34,416 nt of DNA from Reclinomonas americana ATCC 50394 (lineage: Eukaryota). The stretch is taken from contig PS015092.1 in the NCBI GenBank assembly GCA_048213135.1, positions 41,594-76,009 of the forward strand. The letters run 5' to 3'. Below, piece by piece: positions 1 through 12,323 of the stretch. The stretch's first letter is position 1. Each line of letters begins with the position of its first letter. The position numbers were made by a program, and so were the translations under genes. Below the pieces are notes generated by a model. That model was given only the letters and a program-made list of their open reading frames with translations. It was not told where the DNA came from and made no database searches.

Positions 1-76
<76 letters not shown>
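1..76. repeat. (GA)n microsatellite in the first intron of the ChAPs-like gene
   Basis: Direct dinucleotide run. Confidence 0.95.
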
Positions 77-79
<3 letters not shown>

Positions 80-318
80 ATGAGTGCCAAGAAAGAGGAG
101 AAGGCGGAATGAGAGTGCGAATCAGTGTGAGTGAGTGAGTGTGTGTACGTGAGTGTGTGCATGTGTGTGTATGTGTGTGTGAGAGAGAGAAAGAGAGCAG
201 TGTGTGTGTTTGTGTGCGAGAGAGCGAGTGAATCTGTCTGTGCAATTGAGAATGTGCTTGTGTGCAAGTGTGTGTGTGTGTGTGTGTTAGTGTGCTTGTG
301 TGTGTGTGTGAGCATTAC

Positions 319-419
319 CCTAGTCCCTGGAATCGACTCATGGCCACACTTCGCGAGGCAATCGCCTCTCCCAAGTGCTTTTCCACGCATTCTGGTGTGT
401 TTTTGATCAATTCGCTCAT
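319..419 (-). CDS. First coding exon of a ChAPs (Chs5-Arf1-binding, Bch1/Bud7-like) exomer subunit; gene continues off the left edge
   Basis: ATG at 419 reads MSELIKNTPECVEKHLGEAIASRSVAMSRFQGLG, then a GTAATG donor at 318. This resembles the ChAPs N-terminus (PE..E...G.A...R......F..LGPPDL). Only one exon is visible and it is not in the ORF track. Confidence 0.6.
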
Positions 420-595
420 GGTGAACACGCGTCACTCACACACACACACACACTGTGTGAGAGCGAGAGAGCACACACACACGCGCGTGTCTGTGTTAAC
501 GAAAATGAGGTCAGGTGCGTCTGGTTTTCCCGCGCGCGCGAGCATTCGAACGTTGCATTCTTTTGTGTGTTTGTGTGTTTTGTGTGAGTAAAGGC
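420..595. promoter_or_regulatory. Short bidirectional promoter region with an E2F-like TTTTCCCGCG motif at 525-534
   Basis: 176 bp between divergent ATGs at 419 (-) and 596 (+). The motif matches the TTTSSCGC consensus. Confidence 0.4.
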
Positions 596-3500
596 ATGAG
601 TGGCGGTGCTTCTCGTGTGAGTGGTGTGGCGTCTGTGTCGAAGTTTGCGGGGTATTCAACTGCGCCGCCGATTGCCAAGAAGCCGAATCGTTGAGTGAGA
701 GAGAGAGAGGGGGAAGAGCAGAAGGAGAGTGCATCGTCTCTTCTCATTCTGTTCTCTCTTCTTCTCTCACCCTTTCTTCTCCTGTTCTCCTCTTCTCTCC
801 TCTCTTCTATTCCCTCATGTTCTCCTCTTCTCTCCTCCTGATTGTGATAGCACTGGGCACCATGTGTGAGGGTGCAACGAACTGAATGAGTGTCAAAGAG
901 CAGTGAGAGACAAGAGAGAAGAGAGAGAGAAGAAAAGGGTTGAGAAAGAGAAGACTGAGAAGCATTCATGTGCACTCATCTGCTCTCTCTTTCTCTTGTT
1001 CTCTCCTCTTGTCCTCCCCATCTTCTTCTCGCTTCTCTTCTCTGTCCTTGCTTTTCACTCCCTGTTTCTCTTCTCTCCTTCTTCTCTTCTTCATAGCGGT
1101 CTCCGTCCTGCTCTCTGGCACTCATTCACTCACTGTCTCGCTCGTCTTCTCTCTCACACACATGCTGACCACTCACTTCACAAACGCACCCACTTTCCAC
1201 CCAATCACTCTTCTCTCTCTTTTCTCTCACTGTCTGTCGGTTTGCTTCTCTCGTCACTGCACAAGGACGCGCTCATTCTATGCCCATGTTTGCTGTGCAC
1301 TCTCTCACTCACGTTCCAGTCCTCAACACTCTCTTGCTCATCCGCTTGACTGTCTCACTCACACGTTGTCCACGCTCCTTGCTCTCTTACAAGGAAGCGC
1401 CACAGCCTCTCGTTCCTCATTCCCACCTTCCCTCTTGTTTCTCTCCCTTCCTCCTTCTCTCCCTTCTCCTTTCTCACCCGTTCCCGTTCAACACCCTTCC
1501 CTCTCCATTACACCATCCCTGCCTTCTCCTTTATTCTTCCCCAACCTCTCCCTTCCCCTCCCTTCCCCGTCCTCATCCTTCCCCTTCCCCCCATACAGGC
1601 CCCCGCTTCGACCCCCTCCCCGCCTCCCAAGCCAGCATGCGCGGCGGCCCACTGGAACAAGGAACACTGGTTTCCTCAACCCCATCCTCGGCGCCCGCGC
1701 CTCCACACTCCGCCCCCATCATGTACCGCACGGTGCGACCGAGTGAGCTGCAGGCGCCGCCGAAAGTCAACGGTCGCTACGACACCTTTTTCTGGCAAGC
1801 GCAGCAGGCCAAGGTGCAATCGCTGCTGCAGCATGATATCTCCAGGTGCGTCTTCTCTCTCATTCTCTGTCTTGCTCTCCTTCTCCCTCCTTTCTTTCTC
1901 TTTGCTCTCGGTCTCATTCATTATCTCTCTCCCTCTTTGTCTCTTCCTTCTCATATTGCTCTCTTGTCTTCTCTCTTTCTTTCTCTTCCTGTCTTGCCTT
2001 CCTATTCTCTCCCTCTCCCTCTCCTTCTCCCTCTCCCTCTCTCCCTCTCCCCCCTATCCCTTTCCCCTCCCCTCCCCCAACCCCTTCCCCCCTCCTCAGG
2101 TCAGCCACAATCGACGTGCAAGAGGCCCGCGCCGACTCCTTCCGCGACATGCTGGATGAGCTGCACCGTTCGGTGCGCTCAGACAAACCAACCGCCGGCG
2201 CCGTACCACCATCGCATCGCGAGTCGGTGGAGGGCTGCCCGCCGCTGGTGGCACACGTCAGCACCATGCGACACACGGGCGTATCGGTGGCCACGCAGAC
2301 CGACATTGTCGGCGACGTGTACCCCACGTTCTTCTTTGCCGACGCCGGTCACTTGCAAGTGATTGCGCAGCGGCACGGGTATCGCATCACCGTGGAGCAA
2401 GTGGACGGAGAGGTGAGAAGCGCTGCTTACCTCGCCCCTTCTTTCCCCCCTCTTACTCATTTCTTGTGGTGGTCGTGGTGGTCATCAGGGCCCCGTTCGT
2501 CGTCGCAAGGCGCTCCGCTCACTCGGCAAGTCGGCCGCCGCCGGCGGTCGCAAGAGGAGTACCAAGAGCAAGTCGCGAAGCGAGAGTCCCACCGCGCCGC
2601 GTGTGGGTGGCGGCTACGGATATGAGCCCACCACCGATCGCTGGGCGTTGCCGGCACGACCGCGCTATCCCGCTGCGGACAAGGAGAACATGCAACATTC
2701 GTCGTCGCGCGGAAAGCTCACAGACACGGTGGCCTCCATCCCGGCGGAGCCTCTCGTGCGCTCACCGATGGACTCGCTGCGCCAATCGGATCACGCGCTG
2801 ACGCGACAGCCGCCTCCGCAGTCACAGTCGTCACAGAAACAGTCACACAATCGACGCACGCCGGCCGGCATTCTCGTCACACCGGCCACTGCACATGGCG
2901 CGACGCATCAGCAGCACTACGTGCCGATCTCTGCGTGGGAGACCGCGCGCGATTCGTCCGCGACGGCGGCCACGAATGCCGGAGACACATCGAGCATGGT
3001 CACGTCGCCCGACTTTTCGTACTCGGACGGCGAACAGCAACAACCGCAACAACAACAGTCCCAGCACCAGCAGCGCGCCACGCAGCCGCCGATGCGTCCG
3101 TACGAGGAGACTGACCTGCTGCGTCCGATGGCGTCACACACGGAGCCGAGCCGACCGGTCCGCGATCGCCACGAGCGCCGCGCGCAGCCAAAGGAGTCCG
3201 AGGCGGCTCTTGACGGACCGTGGCCGACGGGGGAGGTGCAGCACGATTCGATTTCCGTGCGCCAACTGGAGGACTTTCAGCGACTGCTGCGAGAGCAAGA
3301 GAGAAGGTCAGCACTCTTTTCCCCGCAGTTCACCTCGCTGATTGCTGACTGCGATTCACGTTGCGCCACAGACTGCGCACGGAAGAGACCAATGTGCGAC
3401 TGATGGAGCAGTTGCGACAGGATGAGTGGAAGCGGCAGTTTGAGCATGTGCTTCGCGTGCCCGACGAGGGCGACGAGTCGGATATATCGCTGCTCAGCAC

Positions 3501-4166
3501 CGATCGTGATCGCCACGACGCCCCGCCCACGGCCGCCGGCACAGCAGAGGTGAGTGCAATATTTTATCACATGCACACTCCCTGACAGACGCTCATCCAA
3601 ACCGGCTCCCACAGAGCTCGTGGCAAGGCATCGGTCGCGAGCTCGACGAGCTGCTGCGCAACACGGCTTCTGCGGCCGCATCACTGACGGGCGCCAATCC
3701 ACCACCAGCATCCTCCTCCACGACTACAACAACAACAACGACGACGACGGCAAGCACCATCGCAGCGGGAGCCAACACACGACAGCCACCACCACTGGTG
3801 TCGGCGCCGCCACCACCGCCCAAGTCGCCAGACTCGAGCGGCTCATCGTCTGCGCGTTCCTCGCTCGATCAACTGGAGACGCTGGAGCGCATGCTCGAGG
3901 CGCAGCATCGGCGACTGGTGGAGAAGGGCATCATCAGCGACTCGGCCTCCGACGAGTCGTCACTGGCGAGAGCCGGCGGCGGCGGTGGACGTCCGACGAG
4001 TGCGCCCGCCGCGCAACTGAGGCCACCGCCACCGACATACAATGCCGAGTCGTCGCCTGTGAGTTTTGCCGTGTCGCCACCGGGTCGTTCCGAGGTCGCC
4101 GGTGGTGATTTGTCGCACACGGAGGACGACGACGACGATGATGATGATTACGATGACGATGATTGA
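596..4166 (+). CDS. Hypothetical low-complexity protein with short coiled-coil segments, 6 exons
   Basis: Exons 596-689, 1599-1845, 2100-2412, 2489-3306, 3372-3549 and 3615-4166 join in frame through GT-AG introns. Codons are GC3-rich and the protein ends in poly-Asp then TGA. No domain recognised. Confidence 0.75.
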
Positions 4167-4207
4167 TGACGACAGTGTAATTAACATTCTATCCACGTGG
4201 GTTTCAC

Positions 4208-7200
4208 TTACTTGCCGGCGGCACCCTTGGCCTCCTTCTGCTTCTTGATCTTTTCTGCCAGCCACTTGAAGTAGGCCACGCACTCTTTCTCTGTCCGACC
4301 GACGGCCTCGGCAATCTTCGGCCAGCGGCCGCGATCCGAAGCCGGGAACTGACGCAGAGCCGCCTCCAGGCGCTTGTGCTCGTCCGGCGAGAATTTCTGT
4401 GAGAATGTATATCAGCACCACACAACGGTGTCAACGAAAAAAGAAGGCGGAGTGCACGCAACGGGTGCAGCAGTGACGGCCGACGGACCAGCGGCAGCTG
4501 ACGGTGCGGCGGCGGCAGCAGCAGCGGAGGGTGCCGACGCACTGGCAGCACCAGCCGACGCGGCAGCAGTGGCGGTGGCTGTTGTCGTAGTCGTCGTGGT
4601 GGTCGTCGATGCGGCCGCAGGAGCAGCAGCAGCAGGAGCGGCAGCGGCAGCGGCAGCCGGCTTTGGTGGCGCCGGTCGACCATTGGCAGCGTCCTCTTGC
4701 GCCTGCAATTCGTACGTCGGCACCACATCGGTCGGCACAAACACGTCGGCGCCCTCGCGCGCCTTGCGCGTCAGGTGCGCATCACGGCGGCGGCGCGACT
4801 GCTCAAAGTCATCCGCGTGCTGCTTGACAATCGTGCCCTGTCGAGCCGCAGCATCCATCTCCTTGGTCTTGGCCAGCACCTGGCTGGCCGTCTTTGTGCC
4901 GCCCATGAACTTGGCAATGGTCTCCCAGCGGTTGACGGTGCCTCCGGGGAACTTGGCCACACCCAGCGCCAGCGAGTGCAACTCCTCTTCGTCCCACTCA
5001 TCCGACGGCCGCTTCGACGAAGAAGCCGCCGAAGCCGCCGCACTGCCAGACGTAGGTGAGCCACTGCCGGCCTTGAGACGCGCCACCGCCGACGCCAGGA
5101 CCTCCGGAGCGGCCTCTGTGTGTGTGGAATGTTAGCAAAGGCGGGGGAAATCATCATTGTGTGCATCGCTCACCTCCCGCCGCCGTCAGCTCGCCCTCCA
5201 GCGCCAACAGACCCTCCGTGTCGAGCTTGGAGCACACCAGCTCCACGTCGTCGTATGTGGCCGCCGCCACTGTGGCACGCACCGCCTTGCGGAATTGCTT
5301 CCGCTGCTCCTGCAGACCTCGTCGCTCGGCCTTGGCCTGTCTCCGCACTTTCGCCGCCTACCACGCCATTCAACGTGAGAATCACGTCTGCGTCGGTCTC
5401 TGGCCTTTCTGCACTCACCTCCATCTCCTTTTGCCGCTTCTCCTCGTCCTGCTTGCGGTGGAACTCCTCCCAGTGCTGCTCTGTCTCGCGCTTCTTGGCC
5501 TCCAGCGCCTCCTTCTTGGCCTGCTTGACGGCCGCTCTCCGCTGCTTCTCCGCCTCCTCCATGCGCTTCACGCGCGGATCCACACGCCGCGCCTGTGACA
5601 CCAGTCGCTCCAACCGCTCCGTCTCCGCACGTCGTCGCTTGGTGCGAGACTTCTCATTCTGCCGCTCCATCCATCGTCGCTCCTCCCGGAACTCGGCCTT
5701 GCTCGTGTCGTGCTCGTCGCGCGTCACAAACGTGCGCCACGAGCGGAACGAGAACCAAAAATCGTAAAACCGCGCCACATCGTCCAACGACGTGCTGTCG
5801 TCGCCCAACTTGGGCACCTGCTCCGGGAAGCACGTGGCGCACCACTGTGCGTTGCGCTCAAACACCGGTCCGTATTCCGCACAAAACTCGGCCACATTGT
5901 CGCCAAACTCCAGATCCGCCTCGGGGATGCTATCGTCAAAGTAGGGGTCGTGCGAGTCGTACACGCAGCGCGTCGGTGCGTGTGACAGCACTTCGAAAGC
6001 GCGCTTCACGCGCAAGAACGACGAGTCGTCAATGTCCTCCATGGCCGTGGCGCCGAACTCGGCCTCCGACAGTTTGTCGGGGTGCGTCGCCAGAACGGAG
6101 GCTCGGTCTGCGACAGAGGGGGAAGGGGGAGAGAGGAGGAGTGTGAGGGGAAGGGTGGGGAAGGGAGAAGGGGAAGACATGGGGGAAGACAAGGGGGAAG
6201 ACAAGGGGGAAGAGAACGGGGGAGAACGAAGGAGGAAGAGGAGGGTAGAGAAGGAAGAGAGGGAGAGAGGGAGACGAGGGAGAGAGGAGACGAGGGAGAC
6301 GAGGAGAGAGGAGAGAGGAGAGAGGAGACGAGGAGAGAGGAGAGAGGANNNNNNNNNNNNNNNNNNNNAAGACAAGGGGGGAAGACCGAAGGAGGAAGAC
6401 AAGGGGGAAGACAAGGGGGAAGACAAGGGGGAAGAGAAGAGAGGAGATCATGGGGACGAGAGGGGGGAAGAGAAGGGGGAAGACCGAAGGAGGAAGACAA
6501 GGGGGAAGACAAGGGGGAAGACAAGGGAGAAGACAAGGGGGAAGACGAGGGGGAAGAGAAGAGAGGAGATCATGGGGACGAGAGGGGGGAAGAGAAGGGG
6601 AAGGGCAAGGAGGGGAGGGCAAGGAATGGAGGCGGGGTTGAGCAAGGAAAGAGGGAAGACAATGAAGACAAGGGGGAAGACGAAGGGGGAAGACAACGAG
6701 TTCTTGCCAGTCCACGCAACATGCATCCTTCAGCTGCTCCTGCGTCGCACGCCATCTCAAGTGCGACAGTCCCAGCGTCTCATAAAAGTCCGGCTCGACC
6801 TTGTAATCCTCCGAGTCACGGTCCGGGAACGGCTTCCACTTGAGACCGACACCAGCAGCGGGCACTCGCGAACTAGTGGACGAGGCTCCATATCGAGCCT
6901 CTGAGCACGCGCACATGCACAAGTGATTCAGAAAACAAAATCGTTCTGTAGATGCGACTGTGTAAATCACCTTGTCGCTTCTCTCGTCGCTTTGCTCGTC
7001 GGGCTTCGGCGCTCTCCCCGTCTGCTTCATCATCTGTGTCACTATCGGACGACGAGTAAATGTCGAGCAATCCACTGCTGCTGCGATGCAGGCGCCGTTT
7101 CAGCTTCTCGTATGCGTCTCCAGCGGCCTCTACATAGCGCTGTGTGTGCGCCCCTGGTTGAATGAGAGAGAAAAAATTGAAGTGTGTGAGTTGTTGAATC

Positions 7201-7352
7201 TGCACATGTGTGAGATGTCACACACACACAAAACACACGAAACAGATGATTTCAGAGTGGATGATGCCGCCGGGCTCGTTGGGGTCGCGAGTCCACTCGG
7301 GACCTGGAGGCAGAATCGCCAGCATTGGCTTTGTTTCGCTCTCGGCCTCCAT
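4208..7352 (-). CDS. DNAJC2: DNAJC2/MPP11/zuotin-family ribosome-associated J-protein with two SANT/Myb domains
   Basis: Exons 7352-7244, 7153-6971, 6900-6721, 6107-5419, 5357-5174, 5115-4463 and 4396-4208. Contains the J-domain (DFYETLGLSHLRW...YRASVLATHPDK), the zuotin homology region (FYDFWFSFRSWR...REERRWMERQN) and SANT repeats (WDEEE...FPGGTVNRWETIA; FSPDEHKRLEAALRQFP...RWPKIAEAV). The start codon is less certain. Confidence 0.92.
6170..6700. repeat. Purine-rich 12-bp minisatellite (GAAGACAAGGGG) with larger duplicated blocks, in a DNAJC2 intron
   Basis: Repeated gaagacaagggg units. The block gaagagaagagaggagatcatggggacgagagggg occurs twice (about 6431 and 6553). Confidence 0.9.
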
Positions 7353-9005
7353 GTGCGAAATCTGATGTCCTGTGCGTTGGTGGGACAGGTGAGGCAATGT
7401 GGAAGTGGAAAGGAAGCCGCTCTTTGATGGAGTGCCAGTGCAGGCAGTCAGTGTATCTGTGAGTGTGCGTGTCAAGCGCGTTTTCTCTCAGCCCGCAGCT
7501 CAAGCTGGACGGAAATGCCACAAAAACCAGAACCAAGCGCTTAAGCAAACAATCTCCCAACCGCAACAGCTGCGCCGCAGCCTCAGGGCAACTAGAACCA
7601 TTGCGTCGCTACTGCAGCACCCAGCTTCAACGAGTTCAGCGTCTACGTAGGTCGACACCATTTGCGCCACGAAATCCTTTCGTGGCAACACGCGCGCGCT
7701 TGATTGGCTTTGTCTCCTGAAAGGGAAGATGACTGTTGGAGATGATTTATCTATGTGTTGTATATTGTTGGTGTGCCAATGTTCATTGTCGGCAAGGGAT
7801 TTGTCGGCGATTGTCGCATTATAGGAAAATGGTAAATGAAGTGTTTTGTTTGCTTGACGGCAGCATTGCTCTCGGCTGCATCGCGGATCAGAGTGAACAA
7901 CTCAAGCAGCCTTCTCCCCGTCGTTGTTGTTGTTGTTTTTCGTCTTTACCAATGCATACATCTCACACTCCTCCACGTGCACGCGCGCAATCGTCATNNN
8001 NNNNNNNNNNNNNNNNNNNNNNNNNNNNNNNNNNNNNNNNNNNNNNNNNNNNNNNNNNNNNNNNNNNNNNNNNNNNNNNNNNNNNNNNNNNNNNNNNNNN
8101 NNNNNNNNNNNNNNNNNNNNNNNNNNNNNNNNNNNNNNNNNNNNNNNNNNNNNNNNNNNNNNNNNNNNNNNNNNNNNNNNNNNNNNNNNNNNNNNNNNNN
8201 NNNNNNNNNNNNNNNNNNNNNNNNNNNNNNNNNNNNNNNNNNNNNNNNNNNNNNNNNNNNNNNNNNNNNNNNNNNNNNNNNNNNNNNNNNNNNNNNNNNN
8301 NNNNNNNNNNNNNNNNNNNNNNNNNNNNNNNNNNNNNNNNNNNNNNNNNNNNNNNNNNNNNNNNNNNNNNNNNNNNNNNNNNNNNNNNNNNNNNNNNNNN
8401 NNNNNNNNNNNNNNNNNNNNNNNNNNNNNNNNNNNNNNNNNNNNNNNNNNNNNNNNNNNNNNNNNNNNNNNNNNNNNNNNNNNNNNNNNNNNNNNNNNNN
8501 NNNNNNNNNNNNNNNNNNNNNNNNNNNNNNNNNNNNNNNNNNNNNNNNNNNNNNNNNNNNNNNNNNNNNNNNNNNNNNNNNNNNNNNNNNNNNNNNNNNN
8601 NNNNNNNNNNNNNNNNNNNNNNNNNNNNNNNNNNNNNNNNNNNNNNNNNNNNNNNNNNNNNNNNNNNNNNNNNNNNNNNNNNNNNNNNNNNNNNNNNNNN
8701 NNNNNNNNNNNNNNNNNNNNNNNNNNNNNNNNNNNNNNNNNNNNNNNNNNNNNNNNNNNNNNNNNNNNNNNNNNNNNNNNNNNNNNNNNNNNNNNNNNNN
8801 NNNNNNNNNNNNNNNNNNNNNNNNNNNNNNNNNNNNNNNNNNNNNNNNNNNNNNNNNNNNNNNNNNNNNNNNNNNNNNNNNNNNNNNNNNNNNNNNNNNN
8901 NNNNNNNNNNNNNNNNNNNNNNNNNNNNNNNNNNNNNNNNNNNNNNNNNNNNNNNNNNNNNNNNNNNNNNNNNNNNNNNNNNNNNNNNNNNNNCCCCTCC
9001 CACAG

Positions 9006-9626
9006 TCACCGCCCATGGAAGCCACCCTCAGCTGCAGTCTGGAGGAGCTCTACAACGGCACGAAGAAGCGCATGAAGATCACTCGCCAGGTGCTCAACTC
9101 TGACGGCCGCACGACGCGACCGGAGGAGAAGATTCTGGAGATTGATGTGCGCGCCGGCTGGAAGAAGGGCACGAAGATCCGCTTCGAGCGCGAGGGCGAC
9201 CAAGGACCCAACATCATCCCCGGTGACATTGTGTTTGTCATCAACGAGAAGCCGCACCCGAGGTTCACACGCGAGGGCAACAACCTCATCAACAAGGTCA
9301 ACTGCTTCCTCGTGCAGGCGCTGACGGGATTCACTGTCGAGCTGGTTACGTGCGATCGGTTTCTCTCTCTCTCTCATTGCTTTCTTCTTTGCCTCACACT
9401 CTCCCTCTCCCATGTGCAGATGACCCTCGACAACCGCAAGTTGACCATCCCCATCACCGATGTGGTGTACCCGGGCTACACCAAGGTGGTGCGCGGTGAA
9501 GGCATGCCTGTCTCCAAGCACCCCGGCACCAAGGGTGACCTCATTCTCAAGTTCAACCTCGTCTTCCCGCAATCGCTCTCCGAGGAGCAGAAGCACGCGC
9601 TGACGCAGATTCTGCCGGCGCAGTAG
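9006..9626 (+). CDS. C-terminal half (DnaJ_C domain) of a class B Hsp40, DNAJB1/4/5-like
   Basis: Exons 9006-9344 and 9420-9626: SPPMEATLSCSLEELYNGTKKRMKITR...GWKKGTKIRF..EGD...GEGMP..K..G.KGDL...FP. Lies on a small gap-flanked contig (8994-9702). Confidence 0.9.
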   Translation, partial: SPPMEATLSCSLEELYNGTKKRMKITRQVLNSDGRTTRPEEKILEIDVRAGWKKGTKIRFEREGDQGPNIIPGDIVFVINEKPHPRFTREGNNLINKVNCFLVQALTGFTVELVTCDRFLSLSHCFLLCLTLSLSHVQMTLDNRKLTIPITDVVYPGYTKVVRGEGMPVSKHPGTKGDLILKFNLVFPQSLSEEQKHALTQILPAQ

Positions 9627-9849
9627 CTGCCATTATTATGACTTTCTTTTTTCTTTCTGGTGGAATCGGGAGTGTGTGCGTGCTTGAGCGCGGTCGTTGA
9701 CGNNNNNNNNNNNNNNNNNNNNGGAGGGGAAGGGGGGAGGGACAAGGAAGTCGATTAACAATGAGTCTCTCTGTCAAACAGCGAATGTGCGTAAACGTGT
9801 TCCCTCTGACGACGCATCTTTCTGTCTCTCGCTCTCTCTGTGTGTGTAT

Positions 9850-10260
9850 GCAAGTGACGGCAATGCGAAACAGAAAGTATGCGGAAGTTGTCTTCCTCTC
9901 TCTTACTCTGCGCGTGTGAACATATGAATGCCATTTCTCCTGTCGACTCGGTGTGTGTCTATCTCACTCACACACACACTCTCTCTCGTTCTGTGTGCGC
10001 GCGTGACGGCGAATGTGAAACAAAAGCAGGAAGTACGTGGAACTCTCTTCTGCGAGTGCGAATGGGAACATGCGACTCATTTCTCCTCATGAAGTACCTG
10101 CCGACTCGAGAGTGCGTGTGTCTCTGTATATACTATCTCACTCACTCACTCTCTTTGTGCGTGTGTATGCGTATGTGTGAGCACGTGACGGCAAATGAAA
10201 CAGAAAGCATGTAGTAGAATGACTCTCTCTGCGCGGGTGCGTGGGGAATATGTGAGCGAC
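9850..10260. repeat. Degenerate tandem repeat of about 165 bp (about 3 copies) in a DNAJB intron
   Basis: gtgacggc(a/g)a(a)tg..aaaca(g/a)aa recurs near 9854, 10003 and 10185. Confidence 0.65.
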
Positions 10261-10278
10261 TCATTCCCCGATGTCGAA

Positions 10279-10335
<57 letters not shown>

Positions 10336-10581
10336 TGGCGACTGTGACACTGCAAGTGTGTGGCATTTGCCCCCCCTCTCTCTCTCTTTCTGTTCGTGTC
10401 TGTACGTGAGCGACTCAATCCCCCTAATACGTGCTTGTGACTCAAGAGTGAGTCTCTTTGTCTCTGTCCTCTCATTGTGTGTGCGAATGTGAGACAGAAA
10501 GCGCGAGTTCGTCGACTCTTTTCTCTCTCCCTCTCCCTCTCTCTCTCTTCTCTCTCTCTCAATTCCCCCCAACTCACGCAC

Positions 10582-11485
10582 CTGCCGACTCTGCCTCTGT
10601 GCACCCCGCGATCCGCCGCCCATGGAGAAGCCGCCCATGCCGGGGAAGCCGCCACCCCACTCATCGCCACCACCCATGCCGCCGAAAGCACCAAACGGAC
10701 TGCCCTGGCCAAACATTTGCGCAAACAAATCATTGGCATCCATGTGTCCGAACGAGAATCCACCCATGCCACCGCCACCGCCGCCCGGCATGCCGCCTCC
10801 CTTCAGTCCATCCTCGCCGTACTGATCAAAGACCTTGCGCTTCTCGGCGTCACTTAGCACCTCGTATGCCTCGGCAATCTCCTTGAATTTGCGTTCCGCT
10901 GTGTGTGTGTGATGAGGAGGAGAGAGAGTGTGAGAATATGACACACAAAGGGCGACTTGCGTTCCTCTGCTCTCTTGCATCAAAGTGACAGAAAAGCGTT
11001 GGCTATCTGCAGCATGTGAGAAATGATCGGCACCTGCAATGACTACGTGCCTCGTATGTCTCAATCCTGCTCGACGATCGATCCTTCTCTCACATCAGAA
11101 GTGACAAAGAAGCGTCTCCGCCTGCACTCTCGATCTGAACGACTGCACGACTTCACCCGGGGCCATAGCCTAACTCTCTCTCTCTCTCTCAGTGTGTGTG
11201 CCTGTGTGTGTGAGAGAGAGAGAGTACAGAATACGTCAGACAGACGAACGAAGCTGAAGTTGCATTCTCGATCTGTCTCTGACGTCTGCATACATCATCA
11301 CACACTCACACAATGTACAGCCGCCTTATAACAAAAGCGCTCGGCATGCTGCCTTCTCTCTCCCTCTCTCTCTCNNNNNNNNNNNNNNNNNNNNTCGTCG
11401 TACTACTACTACTACTACTACACACACACACCAACTAACTACGTACGACGCCGTCCTTACTAAACTAAACGACGTCGTCGCGTCT

Positions 11486-11551
<66 letters not shown>

Positions 11552-11991
11552 ATCTCGCTCTCTCTCTCTCAGTCTCTGCTCTCTCGTTTGTTCGATTTGA
11601 CACCAGACTTCTCTCTCCTTCCCCTTTCCGTCCCCTTTCCCTCTGTTCTCCCATCCCTCCCCCATCCCTCTTCCATGTATCACCTTCCTCCTTGTTCTCG
11701 GGGTTCCTGCAGACACGAGGAACGGGGGTCAGTCAGGTGCAAAAAATAGGCAGGCCGACCTTGCTGCGGGGGTCGTCAGCTCACCGATCGGGGTGCCATC
11801 GGAGCGCCAACTTGCGATACGCTGCACGCATAAACAAACAAACATACGCAACAGTTGAAGTCAGCATGCAATCCACGCCGGTCCATCCAGAGAGAGAGAT
11901 GCCATTAAAAGTGTGCGTGCGCACCTTTCGTAATCTGCTCGGCAGTCGCCGACCTGTCCACGCCCAACAACTTGTAAAAGTCACGGCCCAT
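10582..11991 (-). CDS. N-terminal half (J-domain plus G/F- and G/M-rich linker) of the same class B Hsp40
   Basis: Exons 11991-11925, 11821-11785, 11706-11684 and 10898-10582 give [78 protein letters not shown]...RQSRQ, followed by a phase-0 donor. Confidence 0.92.
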
Positions 11992-12323
11992 TGTGCTCTG
12001 CACACAGAGGAAGACAACAAAAGAGTGTGAGACGTCATTGCGCGCACACACACACACTCTTTCTGCTCTCTTGCTGTGTGCACATTGAACAGCATTGCAT
12101 GCACGACGATTCTCTCACACTCACTCTGTGTGTGTCACGTGGGGAGAATCGCCACAAACCTCTCTGCAACACGCGAAATGAAAACTGATTGCGTGACGTC
12201 ATCGTCGAAATCGCGGCCAATTCGCAACTCATTTGTGCAACTAATTCGCGAGAGCGCGCGTTCTGTGCTTGACAAAACAACACATACAATCTCTTGCCTT
12301 GTTGATTGCAAGTTACGTCGACA
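11992..12323. promoter_or_regulatory. Divergent promoter region with a CRE palindrome TGACGTCA (12194-12201), CACGTG and CCAAT motifs
   Basis: Motifs seen directly between the Hsp40 ATG and the putative start of the next + gene. Function is untested. Confidence 0.3.

Noticed and set aside
131-2100. Long Leu/Ser/Cys/Val-rich or His/Thr-rich ORFs in the ORF track (also 14709-15246 and 31938-33735)
   Set aside because: They are translations of intronic CT, GT and CA microsatellites.
6170-6700. Regular repeats as a possible CRISPR-like array
   Set aside because: Low-complexity tandem units with no unique spacers, inside a spliceosomal intron.
7353-7997. Complex, non-repetitive sequence with short ORFs upstream of DNAJC2
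   Set aside because: No recognisable protein, splice model or RNA motif. It may be promoter DNA or part of a gene hidden in the gap; unresolved.
7736-9103. ORFs spanning runs of N
   Set aside because: Artefacts of translating assembly gaps.
4208-11991. Adjacent J-protein genes as a chaperone cluster
   Set aside because: DNAJC2 and the class B Hsp40 are distantly related, and I found no shared regulatory element or clear heat-shock element. The adjacency may be chance.
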